From IMG/VR virus record IMGVR_UViG_3300034061_006011: a stretch of 64,000 nt of DNA. One strand, written 5' to 3'. This DNA comes from a virus (lineage: Duplodnaviria; Caudoviricetes). The notes under the pieces are model-generated. The model saw only the letters and a list, made by a program, of their open reading frames with translations. It ran no database searches and was not told the origin of the DNA. Made by a program: the position numbers and the translations under genes. Shown here piece after piece: positions 46,704 to 55,980 of the stretch. Numbering within the stretch: the first letter of the stretch is position 1; each line of letters starts with the position of its first letter.

Positions 46704-47216
46704 ATGAAAACATTTTTTGATTGGATGGCAAGTAACAGATATTATACTGAAGATACAAGAACAGGCATGCCTGTTAATCCTAATCAGCAAAAAGCACCTG
46801 TTGCTCCTAATCAGCAACAAACAACTGGTTTCCCAGATAATCGTGACACAAGTGTAAGAAGAGCAGCACCAAGCAATCCACAAGCTAACAATCAAATGAA
46901 TGTAAGCAAAGAATTCGAAAATAGATGGTCTGCAAATTTTCCGTTAATAGTACAATCACTTAAACAAGCTGGTGTATCGATTAATAGTCTAAGTCCCAAT
47001 GACCAGTCAGCCGCTACCGGTGGTATCAGCAATATTTCAAAAAACTTAGATAATGTCGCAAAGAATTTTATAGATTACAAAAATCAGACTGTTCAAACTT
47101 TTGCTATATTAAGAAATATGTTGAACCAAAAAAGACAAGAACTAAAAAATTCACCGCCGCCTGTTAATCGAATGAGTGATCCCGCCTACAGTAGAGAGGC
47201 GGGAAGAGTTCAATAA
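46704..47216 (+). CDS. Hypothetical Q/N/P-rich protein with leader
   Basis: MKTFFDW...YTED. Confidence 0.7.
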   Translation: MKTFFDWMASNRYYTEDTRTGMPVNPNQQKAPVAPNQQQTTGFPDNRDTSVRRAAPSNPQANNQMNVSKEFENRWSANFPLIVQSLKQAGVSINSLSPNDQSAATGGISNISKNLDNVAKNFIDYKNQTVQTFAILRNMLNQKRQELKNSPPPVNRMSDPAYSREAGRVQ

Positions 47217-47233
47217 TTAATTAAATTTACAAA

Positions 47234-47932
47234 TTACATTCCGCCGTAGCCGCCACCCATTCCAGTGCCGCTACCGCCGCCTTGACCGCCGCCACCCATT
47301 CCAGCACCCATACCACCGCCCATGCCGCCCATGCCACCACCAAAGCCGCCACTCATATCACCAGAGCCTTGATCTGCGCCACCTGCTCCTGCGCCGCCAC
47401 TCATATCACCACCTGTTGGCGGTGCGCTTACATTTGGAGCGCCTTCAGGAGAACCTTCTTCTCCACCTTCTTCTTCTCCACCCTCTTCTTCTCCCTCTTC
47501 TCCTTCTTCATCTTCTCCAGAAATACTCTTGATAAGATTATCGAGTTGATTTAAAAGATCTTCAATTTGTCCACCCTTGTCTTCATCTTGACTCTTGAAA
47601 TTTTCAATTTGATTTTTAAGAGTTTCAATAGCTGACTTAGTGCTTTCTGTATCTGATCCACCTTCGCTTGGTGCAACATTTGATTCATCGGTGTCTGCTG
47701 GCGCATCACCTTGTTGACCTTGTTGATTTTGGAAAGTATTCATTTGATCTTGTGGGATCTGTGCTTGTGCAGAAAAATCTGGTTGACCACCAGCAGGAGG
47801 AGCGCCAGCATTGCCACCACCCATGGGGTTAGGATTTTGCATCATACCGGGCATCGGCATGCCACCTGCATCTTGTTCTCTAAAAACCCTTTTGTTTTCA
47901 AGAATTCTGTACATCTCATAAAAAGTCTTCAT
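47234..47932 (-). CDS. Low-complexity Gly/Met/Glu protein with leader
   Basis: MKTFYEMYRILEN, EEGGEE run, GGMG tail. Confidence 0.7.
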   Translation of the reverse strand: MKTFYEMYRILENKRVFREQDAGGMPMPGMMQNPNPMGGGNAGAPPAGGQPDFSAQAQIPQDQMNTFQNQQGQQGDAPADTDESNVAPSEGGSDTESTKSAIETLKNQIENFKSQDEDKGGQIEDLLNQLDNLIKSISGEDEEGEEGEEEGGEEEGGEEGSPEGAPNVSAPPTGGDMSGGAGAGGADQGSGDMSGGFGGGMGGMGGGMGAGMGGGGQGGGSGTGMGGGYGGM

Positions 47933-47940
47933 ATTTACTC

Positions 47941-48477
47941 CTAAACTATCTTAAAATCAGCGTTTTCAGTCTTTCCAACAGATGAACCACTAACAGTATC
48001 TTCTTGGAATCTCTGACAAATAAGTTGTAGTCTCAATGCATTATATAGTTTAAACTCACCTAATTTTCTTTCAATAATGACCCAATCTTCATTTAAAAAT
48101 GGAGTCTTGACTCTACTACCTATTTTAGGTGGGTGACCAAGATCCCTTAAAACTGCACGATAGTTCAAATCAAATGTCATTTCATCAGGTGAATCTATAC
48201 CAAAAGCAGTTTGCATATTTTGGGAAGGAATTGGTTCGTATACACACCATAGTTGTATAGGATTTTGACTATAAATTTTTGCTCTTGATTCAACATAAAG
48301 AGGATCAATATTATTTGCATCTATGAAAAGTTCATAATAGAACAATGGTGATCCGCCCAGACGGATTGTTTCTTCATCATAAAGATCAAACAAGCTTCTT
48401 TCTGGCAATCCATCATCGAATTGCTGCAAGCTTCCTGTGGGACAATATGGTTTTCCATCTGGTTTATATATTGTCAT
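47941..48477 (-). CDS. gp14: Neck protein (gp14-like)
   Basis: E.I.LGG....YY, DPLY.E, FGIDSPDE..F, P.IG. Confidence 0.7.
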   Translation of the reverse strand: MTIYKPDGKPYCPTGSLQQFDDGLPERSLFDLYDEETIRLGGSPLFYYELFIDANNIDPLYVESRAKIYSQNPIQLWCVYEPIPSQNMQTAFGIDSPDEMTFDLNYRAVLRDLGHPPKIGSRVKTPFLNEDWVIIERKLGEFKLYNALRLQLICQRFQEDTVSGSSVGKTENADFKIV

Positions 48478-48484
48478 TTTTTCC

Positions 48485-48889
48485 TTAAGTACAACTGTTA
48501 AGAGAAATTTGTGCTGTAATCAGGATCTGTCCACCACTTCCGGGCAATTGAAAAGGAGCAGCGGTAAATCTTTCAATCCATAGTAAATCACCACCGACAT
48601 TTGTAATATAATATCCAAAAACAGTTGCAGCTGCTGTAATATTAAATGTTTGTTCTGGATAGCTTGCAGTGGTAACACCAGAAGTTGTTGCAACTGTCCA
48701 AGTTGCTGCTGTTAGAGTGATGCCTGCATATCCAGTAGCAGTAACTTGTGTTATATCACCTAACACAGTAGTTGAGCTTGGTGTTAAATTATTTGAGTAA
48801 AGACGCAACACAGTATTTGTTGGTGCTACCTTATTAAGCATATTGCTTAAAAGAACTACTTCGCCAACATCTGGAATTACTAATGCCAT
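48485..48889 (-). CDS. Small virion structural protein (tail/baseplate)
   Basis: LRLYSN, GYA.ITL...W, F......VFGYY; resembles 60123-60641. Confidence 0.6.
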   Translation of the reverse strand: MALVIPDVGEVVLLSNMLNKVAPTNTVLRLYSNNLTPSSTTVLGDITQVTATGYAGITLTAATWTVATTSGVTTASYPEQTFNITAAATVFGYYITNVGGDLLWIERFTAAPFQLPGSGGQILITAQISLNSCT

Positions 48890-48926
48890 GAAAAACTCCT
48901 AGTTAATTCGATCTATATATATTTAG

Positions 48927-49526
48927 ATGGTAATTCATAAAAAAGATGGAAGTGTTTTTAAATTAAATGGACCTAATGAAATTATGTTCACACAGGAATC
49001 GTGGAGTGCCTTCAAAACACACAATTTATCAAACTTATCAAATTGCAAAATGGAATCAAATATTCCTCATGTTATTTTAGGAAAGAAGAAAATTGTTGAA
49101 GAAAATAAGGTAATTGAACCAATTAAAGAAGAAATTGTTGAAGAAGAAATTGTTATTGAAGAAACTCCTGAAGAAATTGTCGTTGAAGAAGTTGTTGAAG
49201 ATAAAAAGAAAACAAATGAATTTGATAATTTTAAAAAAACTATTATGCATTGTGCTTTAGCAAAGAAAATAGAAGTGAAAGATGATTTGTATGGTGAAAC
49301 TGCATTAAAGGTAAAATTTATTGATAAATTTACATTTGAATCTATAGTTATGAACAAAAATGATTTTGTACTTATATTTTGGACAAAACTAGATAATTTG
49401 ACAATTGGATCTGTGTTATATCCACAAGATGATTCAAAAAGATGGTGGGAAGTGAGAGAAATTGAGGATGTTCCCGGTGGTCACAAGATTACTTGTTGTA
49501 TCACCAGAAACACCCCTGCTTTTTAA
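48927..49526 (+). CDS. Hypothetical protein with acidic linker
   Basis: 199-aa ORF; TATATA 5 nt upstream. Confidence 0.65.
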   Translation: MVIHKKDGSVFKLNGPNEIMFTQESWSAFKTHNLSNLSNCKMESNIPHVILGKKKIVEENKVIEPIKEEIVEEEIVIEETPEEIVVEEVVEDKKKTNEFDNFKKTIMHCALAKKIEVKDDLYGETALKVKFIDKFTFESIVMNKNDFVLIFWTKLDNLTIGSVLYPQDDSKRWWEVREIEDVPGGHKITCCITRNTPAF

Positions 49527-51448
49527 GTTATTGCTTTATCCATCATCTCACCTATTGCTGCTCGAACAGCAGCAGCATCAGCATCTTTGCCAAATCTTTT
49601 TCTCATTGTTCCAGAAACTCCTAAATTCTTTTTATATAATACATAACTTAGGCTACTCATTAAACTTCTCAAGGTTTGTGAAATGACAGTTTGTGCAAGT
49701 CTTGTCGCTATTGGACGAGTTAAATTAAAAAGTCTTAAATTCCTTAAAGCTTTATCTTTTATTAGATTTTTAAAAGCTAAATATGTTGTTGGCGATATGA
49801 TTCCTTCTTCAGGATCATAAAATGTTTTCAAGAAAATATTAAATCTTCCCTCATAATTTTCTTTTACGAATTTTTTAACAAGTTCATCAAATAAATCATC
49901 ATCACCCATTACAAGCATAAGGTTTTCTAAATTTTGATTTAAATCTTGTCTGCCCGGTCCTGCTTCATATTCAGATGATTTATTTGGGTATACACCTCCC
50001 GCCAATGTTCTATCTCTTTTGTCTAAATCTTCTGGAACATCTCTTTCATTATCAAATTGATAAAATATTGGTTTTCTTTTTCGATTTGCAGCAGGTTGTT
50101 CTATATCTCTTGGATCATAATGATGTCCAACTCTACGAGTTGCTTCCAAATTTCTGATCAGATCTCCTAATCTTTGAACTTCTTCTGGATCTTCTTTTGC
50201 TTCTGCGTCTGCAACTTTTTTTTGTAATTTTTCTATTGTTTGATTAATGTTAAAAAGTATTTTACCCGGAAGCAATTCTGGCATCGTTTGACCGGGATGA
50301 TGAGGATTAGCTACTGTAGGATGTCTTAACTTTGAGAAAGACATTGTATCAAAGTCTTCACCATGATAATTTTGTATTGGATATGTGATTAAATCTATAT
50401 CAACTAAAGCATCAATTAATTTTTCTTCAAATTTAACACTGTGTTCAGCATGTTGAACAATATGTGATAAATTGTTAAATGTCATTTTATGTGGATTTCT
50501 TATATTGACTTCCTTTCTTAAATCATCAGCAAATCTAGCTCGATTTGCTAATAAGTACGAATATATATCAGTATTTGGTTTCTTAAGTTGAAATTTTTTA
50601 TTTAAAATGGTTACATCTTTTTGTGTAAGTGCTTTTTTAATAAATTTTTCTTCTAATTCTTTTATGTATTTTGCATACTTGTTGTACAATGGTGTCCTAT
50701 AGATATCTCTTTCTATTTCTTCTTCTGTAGCTTCAGTGTTTGCAGCATATTCAGTTTTTGATCTTTCTCTGTGTGTTTTTGGATCTATAGTATTCGGTGC
50801 ATGTAAAAGTCCTTGTGAGGCATATGTTACCCAAGATTGTAAATTGTTTGAAATTTGTTTTACTTGTGGACAAGTAAAACCAATAGTGTACCAGTTACCA
50901 ACTGGATTTTCAGGATCGAAATTTCTAATTTTGCTTAAATCAAAACCAACTGCACTTGCTCCTCTTGGTCCTTCCAGTCTATCAACTAATTCTCTAATAT
51001 AATTATTTTTTATTGTTGTAGATGTTGCTCGTTTTCTAATAACGAAACTATATTCTGTTCTTGGATAATTGATGTTCATCCAAGCTCCACCACCATCTGG
51101 TCTTTGTGCCAATTCACTATCAATAAAGTTTTTTGCATTATTATATGCACTTTCTCTGATTCTTGTTACTTCTTCAGGCTGATTGCCTTTGTAAGTCAAT
51201 CCTTGATATATTCCGTCTGCTGCATCTTGTATTGTTTCGTAATAACCTTTACTGAATCCTTTAATTTTTTTCTTTCTAGCTTCTTCTCTCTGCGTAAGTG
51301 CTGCGGGTAAATCAAGTCCATATCGCTCTTCAATGGCTCTTGCCCATACAGATTGTGGAAATTGATGTAGAAAATCCATATCATCGTTTCCGAACAGATG
51401 AAAGTCGTGACTTACATGTCCAGAAAAGTATTCACTAAAAAGTTTCAT
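49523..51448 (-). CDS. Large hypothetical protein with leader
   Basis: 641 aa, starts MKLFSEY; no recognisable domain. Confidence 0.75.
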   Translation of the reverse strand: MKLFSEYFSGHVSHDFHLFGNDDMDFLHQFPQSVWARAIEERYGLDLPAALTQREEARKKKIKGFSKGYYETIQDAADGIYQGLTYKGNQPEEVTRIRESAYNNAKNFIDSELAQRPDGGGAWMNINYPRTEYSFVIRKRATSTTIKNNYIRELVDRLEGPRGASAVGFDLSKIRNFDPENPVGNWYTIGFTCPQVKQISNNLQSWVTYASQGLLHAPNTIDPKTHRERSKTEYAANTEATEEEIERDIYRTPLYNKYAKYIKELEEKFIKKALTQKDVTILNKKFQLKKPNTDIYSYLLANRARFADDLRKEVNIRNPHKMTFNNLSHIVQHAEHSVKFEEKLIDALVDIDLITYPIQNYHGEDFDTMSFSKLRHPTVANPHHPGQTMPELLPGKILFNINQTIEKLQKKVADAEAKEDPEEVQRLGDLIRNLEATRRVGHHYDPRDIEQPAANRKRKPIFYQFDNERDVPEDLDKRDRTLAGGVYPNKSSEYEAGPGRQDLNQNLENLMLVMGDDDLFDELVKKFVKENYEGRFNIFLKTFYDPEEGIISPTTYLAFKNLIKDKALRNLRLFNLTRPIATRLAQTVISQTLRSLMSSLSYVLYKKNLGVSGTMRKRFGKDADAAAVRAAIGEMMDKAIT

Positions 51449-51488
51449 TCATGTTCCTCAATTTGACTGTTACTTTATATATATAAAC

Positions 51489-52376
51489 ATGTCATATTCT
51501 TGTGCTTCAAATACTATGTATTTTCCCCGTCCAAGTGCGGAGTCGCAAAATTGTAGTACTAATAATTTCAATCTTGGGGTTTCTGATCCCCTTGATATTG
51601 CTCAATTATCACCAAGACCAAACAGAACAAAAGTAAAAGCACAAATTAGAGATTATATTCTTTTAATGCTTGGTGCTCCAGTAGTTACAATTGAATTAGA
51701 TAGTCAACAACTTGATGCTGCTGTTGATTTATCTCTTCAGATTTATGAAGAATATGCACCAAGAGAATTCTTTAAATACCATGTGTTCCAGACAATTCCC
51801 GGTAAAAGCATTTACACAATGCCTCCAGATATTGGTTATGTAAGAAATGTTTTTTACAAACAAATGGCAACATTTAGTTTTAGTTCTTCTGACCTTGGTG
51901 GAGCTATTCCTATTGAATATTTTTATCCGGGTGGAGCATATGCTTCTATTACAGGTGGTATGATTGATAGTGTGACTCCAATTTGGGGTCGAGTTGGAGA
52001 ATGGAGTCTTTACAAAGAATATGAAAGAACTTATGCTCGTAGTGCAAGTAATTTAGGTGGTTGGGAATGGCTTGGTGGTTATCAAAATATTAAATTATAT
52101 CCAATTCCGAGAGCACCAACTGCTGTTATTGTTCATTATTTGCAAAAAAACAATGATTGGCAGAGAGTTAATCAGGCTATGCAAGAAGGTGCTTTAGCGC
52201 ATGCAAAGATTATGTTAGGAAGAATTAGAGGCAAATATACAACATTGCCCGGTGCTCAGGGTGGAGTTCAGTTAGATGGAGCTACTTTGTTGACAGAGGG
52301 GATTCAAGAAAAGAAGGATTGGGAAGAAAGATTGATTACCAGATATGGCGATATTCCTTTCATTTCAATGGGATAA
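51489..52376 (+). CDS. gp13: Neck/adaptor protein (gp13-like)
   Basis: YILLMLGAPVVTIELD..Q, K..LG..RGKY..LPG..GGVQLDG. Confidence 0.85.
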   Translation: MSYSCASNTMYFPRPSAESQNCSTNNFNLGVSDPLDIAQLSPRPNRTKVKAQIRDYILLMLGAPVVTIELDSQQLDAAVDLSLQIYEEYAPREFFKYHVFQTIPGKSIYTMPPDIGYVRNVFYKQMATFSFSSSDLGGAIPIEYFYPGGAYASITGGMIDSVTPIWGRVGEWSLYKEYERTYARSASNLGGWEWLGGYQNIKLYPIPRAPTAVIVHYLQKNNDWQRVNQAMQEGALAHAKIMLGRIRGKYTTLPGAQGGVQLDGATLLTEGIQEKKDWEERLITRYGDIPFISMG

Positions 52377-52379
52377 TAC

Positions 52380-53012
52380 ATGAAAACATTCAAAGAATAT
52401 GTCGAATTAAGAGAAACAAAAACAAATTTGCTCCAGCAAGGAAAAGGTTGGCTTGGTGGACTTGTAAAATCTGCTGGTAAATTTGCAGCTTCATTTATTC
52501 CGGGCGCAGACGCAGCAAGTGCAGCTGTGGATATGGCTACACAAATATATAATGTCAAGAAGCAAAAAGGAAAAGTAAATGAATTAATTAGAAAAGCAGC
52601 ATCTTTACCAGATAATAGTAGAGGATCTGTAAAGAATGGAGATATTTTTGATGTTTCTGACACTTTGTGGAATACAGTTAATAAAGACTCTCAAGATAAA
52701 ATTATAAATATTGTTGACAAAAATTTAGATAGATATATTGCAGCTAATCAGATGCCTAAACCTAGTTTTGCTGACATGCTTGCTCACAAGTATGTTATTG
52801 GTAAATTACCAAGAGCAACATCTAAAATAGTTCCTGTACAAGGACAAGCAGCGCCACAACAAGGTCAAGCTGCACCACAACCACAACAAGCAGCACCACA
52901 ACAAGGACAGCAACGTCAAGCTGCACCACAACAACCACAACAACCACAGCAACGTCAAGCTGCACCACAACAACCACAACAACCACAGCAACGTCAAGCT
53001 GTTCGTCGTTAA
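52380..53012 (+). CDS. Hypothetical protein with leader, amphipathic segment and Q/P repeat tail
   Basis: MKTFKEYVELRE, GWLGGLVKSAGKFAASFIPG, QAAPQQPQQ repeats. Confidence 0.7.
   Translation: MKTFKEYVELRETKTNLLQQGKGWLGGLVKSAGKFAASFIPGADAASAAVDMATQIYNVKKQKGKVNELIRKAASLPDNSRGSVKNGDIFDVSDTLWNTVNKDSQDKIINIVDKNLDRYIAANQMPKPSFADMLAHKYVIGKLPRATSKIVPVQGQAAPQQGQAAPQPQQAAPQQGQQRQAAPQQPQQPQQRQAAPQQPQQPQQRQAVRR
52908..53000 (+). repeat. 39-bp coding tandem repeat (QQRQAAPQQPQQP, about 2.4 copies)
   Basis: CAGCAACGTCAAGCTGCACCACAACAACCACAACAACCA at 52908 and 52947, partial at 52986. Confidence 0.85.
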
Positions 53013-53042
53013 AAATATTTAGCATTAAAGATAAATAACAAT

Positions 53043-53501
53043 ATGATCAATTATAATGAGTTTATAAAAGCATTGAATGAAGGCTCACAGAATATGAGAT
53101 ATTCTGTTGAGGTTAATTTCGATACACCTAAAGAAGATTGTTTAGTTTCTTACGCAAAAATAGTTCTTGGTTATGTTAGTGCAGCAATGAAGAAGATGGA
53201 TTATCATGTTAAGCTTGTGTTTTCACATAAGCCATTAAGATTGATTGTTGCTTCTAGAAATTGGGATGATGGGGAATGGGTTGGGATGATTTCTTACAAT
53301 GAAGAAAAAGATCATTTCACTTTATCAAAAGGTTTTTATAACAAACTTAAGAAAACAGTTGCAGTTCAAGACACTAGTACAATAAGTGATCCCGTAAATG
53401 CAAAGATATTATCTTACAAATTACGGGATTTAATGAAAGATTTAGAGGGCAAAAAGGATCGATTTGCCCCCGAATTTAGAAAATTAAGAATCAATCTTTA
53501 A
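53043..53501 (+). CDS. Hypothetical protein with leader
   Basis: MINYNEFIKALNEG; TAAATA 5 nt upstream. Confidence 0.7.
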   Translation: MINYNEFIKALNEGSQNMRYSVEVNFDTPKEDCLVSYAKIVLGYVSAAMKKMDYHVKLVFSHKPLRLIVASRNWDDGEWVGMISYNEEKDHFTLSKGFYNKLKKTVAVQDTSTISDPVNAKILSYKLRDLMKDLEGKKDRFAPEFRKLRINL

Positions 53502-53859
53502 TAATTTTAATATTGGAGCAAGGACTTTCGACTAGAAGAACTTCATCTAGATGTTCTTGTTCGCCTTCCTTAAGGATCTTCTTCTTGCTGGTTTGACCTG
53601 CTGCAACGTGTTCAACCTTGCCTTCATTTGTTACGATAGGTGGTTGGTCAAGAATAAGCTTACTTTCCACGATTACCTCTTTCTGCTTATAGGGTCCAAT
53701 AAAACGAATCATACCAACTTTGACAAATTCGAAAAAATCTTTTTCTGCCAAGAATTGTCCTCTTGGCTTAATCATTTCCAGACCCTTATAAGCAGGTCTA
53801 GAAAGTTTTAAATCATAGTTGTGATGATTTTCAAAAAGAAACAGTTCTGGGATATTCAT
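53491..53859 (-). CDS. Hypothetical protein
   Basis: Preferred start 53859; several LxE sites. Confidence 0.55.
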   Translation of the reverse strand: MNIPELFLFENHHNYDLKLSRPAYKGLEMIKPRGQFLAEKDFFEFVKVGMIRFIGPYKQKEVIVESKLILDQPPIVTNEGKVEHVAAGQTSKKKILKEGEQEHLDEVLLVESPCSNIKIIKD

Positions 53860-53874
53860 AACTATATTATAGTA
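53860..53874. promoter_or_regulatory. 15-bp bidirectional promoter-like spacer
   Basis: AACTATATTATAGTA. TATATT (+) and TATAAT (-) each lie 6 nt from an ATG. Confidence 0.6.
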
Positions 53875-54210
53875 ATGAATAATAAAAAAATGCCAAACTG
53901 GTATGAAATATATCCCCAAGGAACACCTGAAGGGGAAGAAGAAAAGAAATTTTTCTTATCTTTGATTAGGAATAAAAAATATAAAAATTGGCGTAGCGTG
54001 TCTGCTATTTCAAAAGAATCAGGATTGACAGAAGAAAAAATTGAACAAATTATATTCAAATACCATAAAATTGGACTTATAATTCAAAGCCCCGCTAACT
54101 CAGAGTTCTGGGGTTACTATTACAATAATTTAGAAGATGTTAAAGAAGATCCAATTTCTGTAATCGAAGAAGAAAGAAAAAAAATTCTTAAAAAAGCTAA
54201 AAATCCTTAA
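53875..54210 (+). CDS. Winged-helix-like hypothetical protein
   Basis: WRSVSAISKESGLTEEKIEQII.KY...GLI. Confidence 0.65.
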   Translation: MNNKKMPNWYEIYPQGTPEGEEEKKFFLSLIRNKKYKNWRSVSAISKESGLTEEKIEQIIFKYHKIGLIIQSPANSEFWGYYYNNLEDVKEDPISVIEEERKKILKKAKNP

Positions 54211-54346
54211 GCCATTGGTATAAAACAACTTTCATAATAATAAAAACGGATATAGGCATCGGAACAAACCCAATGCGCTATACCAGTTCTTCTTATGTTT
54301 TCAAAAATATTTTATCTCTTGATTCGAGATATTCCATAAACTTCAT
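54207..54346 (-). pseudogene. Frameshifted tandem paralog of 54346-54546
   Basis: MKFMEYLESRDK in frame 0; ENIRRTGIAHWVCSDAYIRFYYYESCFIPMA in the -1 frame aligns to ENAKRGGIATWAYPDAYARGQYPSNYFMPIA. Confidence 0.65.
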
Positions 54347-54546
54347 TACTTGGAATTAACTTTTCTTCCAATTCCCAACTTAAATGCCGCATCAGCTGCT
54401 ATTGGCATAAAGTAGTTAGAAGGATACTGACCTCTTGCATAAGCATCAGGATAAGCCCAAGTAGCGATACCGCCTCGCTTGGCGTTCTCGTTAACAGTAG
54501 GAACCTTCAAGTTATTTTCAGTTGCCCAATCGGTAAATGTTTTCAT
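54346..54546 (-). CDS. Small protein with leader
   Basis: MKTFTDWATEN; GAGG RBS; TAAATA upstream. Confidence 0.75.
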   Translation of the reverse strand: MKTFTDWATENNLKVPTVNENAKRGGIATWAYPDAYARGQYPSNYFMPIAADAAFKLGIGRKVNSK

Positions 54547-54620
54547 TTATGTCCTCACAAAAAGTCATCCTTTACTTATTTAGATGTGTGCTCACATTTT
54601 TTAATTAAAATGACTAAAAA

Positions 54621-55172
54621 ATGACCAAAAAATTAATACCGATTATTGTTACATCAATTCAAGAAATATCCCAAGAAAACGCATTTGAATCGAGTATCTT
54701 ATGTAATTGCTGTAAAACAATTTCTCGGATGGTTAATGATTCTGGATTATGTGCGTTTTGTTTTAAAAAAATAGAACAATTTAACAACATCAAGGTTTTT
54801 AACTTTAAACCTTGTTATTATCTTTTTATGAAAATTGGCATTCAAAAAACAATAATGGAAGAAATTGAAGCAGAACAAACGAATATTGGTTTGTTTACGA
54901 ATTATATGGAATACAGTCCAAATAATATGATTTGGTATGTATACAGAGATATAGAACCGAAAGAATTGTTTACTAAAGTTGAAGAAATGTACAATTTGTT
55001 TAAACAGACAGGATTGTTTGACAAATCTTTCTATAAACTAAATATTGAAAAAACAAGAAGTTTATTTTTTAATAAAAATAAATTTATTTGCATAGGATTT
55101 AATTTTGCAGAACTATCTGATGACAATTATTTATCAGCAAGTTTTTTTGATAAAGAGCGGATTTTCTTGTGA
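54621..55172 (+). CDS. Hypothetical protein with zinc-binding motif
   Basis: CNCC...CAFC. Confidence 0.55.
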   Translation: MTKKLIPIIVTSIQEISQENAFESSILCNCCKTISRMVNDSGLCAFCFKKIEQFNNIKVFNFKPCYYLFMKIGIQKTIMEEIEAEQTNIGLFTNYMEYSPNNMIWYVYRDIEPKELFTKVEEMYNLFKQTGLFDKSFYKLNIEKTRSLFFNKNKFICIGFNFAELSDDNYLSASFFDKERIFL

Positions 55173-55239
55173 TTTTTCTTAAAAGTATGCTATTTTAATT
55201 ATGCAGATGTTGTTAAGTTTTTTGTTAAAGGAGCGTCAG

Positions 55240-55602
55240 ATGAGCGAAGCTAAGACCAAGAGTGCTACAAAGTCAACCACCAAGACTTCAGTGCCAGCAA
55301 ATTCCATTCGTTACAAGATTGTAACGAAGCTTTCTGGTGTTAACGAAGTTTATGAAGCAACGGCTGAAATTTCCGGCTTCAAGGCTACAAAGGTTACCCG
55401 ACAGGATGGCACTACTGCCTTCACTACTCGTTCCGCTCTTACTAAGGCTTGCAAGGATCGTGCAGCTTCCCTCAAGCGTATTCCAATCTTTGATCTTGGT
55501 TCTGCAACTGTTGCACCTAGCAAGAAGGCAAAGGCACCAAAGGCTGGTAAGGTTGTTACCTTCTGCTCAACTGGTTGTCCAGTAACGGGCGCATGCTCTT
55601 AA
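55240..55602 (+). CDS. Small basic K/A/T-rich protein
   Basis: AAGGAG RBS before ATG 55240; own terminator. Confidence 0.75.
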   Translation: MSEAKTKSATKSTTKTSVPANSIRYKIVTKLSGVNEVYEATAEISGFKATKVTRQDGTTAFTTRSALTKACKDRAASLKRIPIFDLGSATVAPSKKAKAPKAGKVVTFCSTGCPVTGACS

Positions 55603-55617
55603 GTTAATTTAAATTTA

Positions 55618-55667
55618 AAAAAAACAAGACCTAATCGTAATTTTTAATGATTAGGTCTTGTTTTTTT
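55618..55667 (+). terminator. Rho-independent terminator
   Basis: A7-CAAGACCTAATC ... GATTAGGTCTTG-T7. Confidence 0.8.
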
Positions 55668-55722
55668 ATTATTATTCATGAATTGTATTCTTACTTGATA
55701 TATAATATTAAATGGAGGCGAT

Positions 55723-55941
55723 ATGGGTTGCGGATGTGGTGGTAAAAAAGGCACAATGCCCAACAGAAACGTAGTTAGAAACACTTCTATACAACAAAAT
55801 ATTGTCAGATCTATTGGAACTGGAGTTACTGAAGCTTTAAATCAACAAATAACAACACCAGTTGGTATGGACAAAAATCGTTTAGAAGTTGAAAAAAAAA
55901 GAAGAGAAGCTATTAAAAAGTCTCTAGGAAAAATGATCTAA
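55723..55941 (+). CDS. Small protein with MGCGCGG N-terminus
   Basis: GGAGG RBS; 72 aa. Confidence 0.7.
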   Translation: MGCGCGGKKGTMPNRNVVRNTSIQQNIVRSIGTGVTEALNQQITTPVGMDKNRLEVEKKRREAIKKSLGKMI

Positions 55942-55980
55942 GTATCTATATACAATAAATTGTATTTTTGGAGAACCAAC

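Noticed and set aside
47180-47204. TCCCGCCT...AGGCGGGA hairpin as a terminator
   Set aside because: It lies inside the CDS end and lacks a U-tract on either strand; too weak to call
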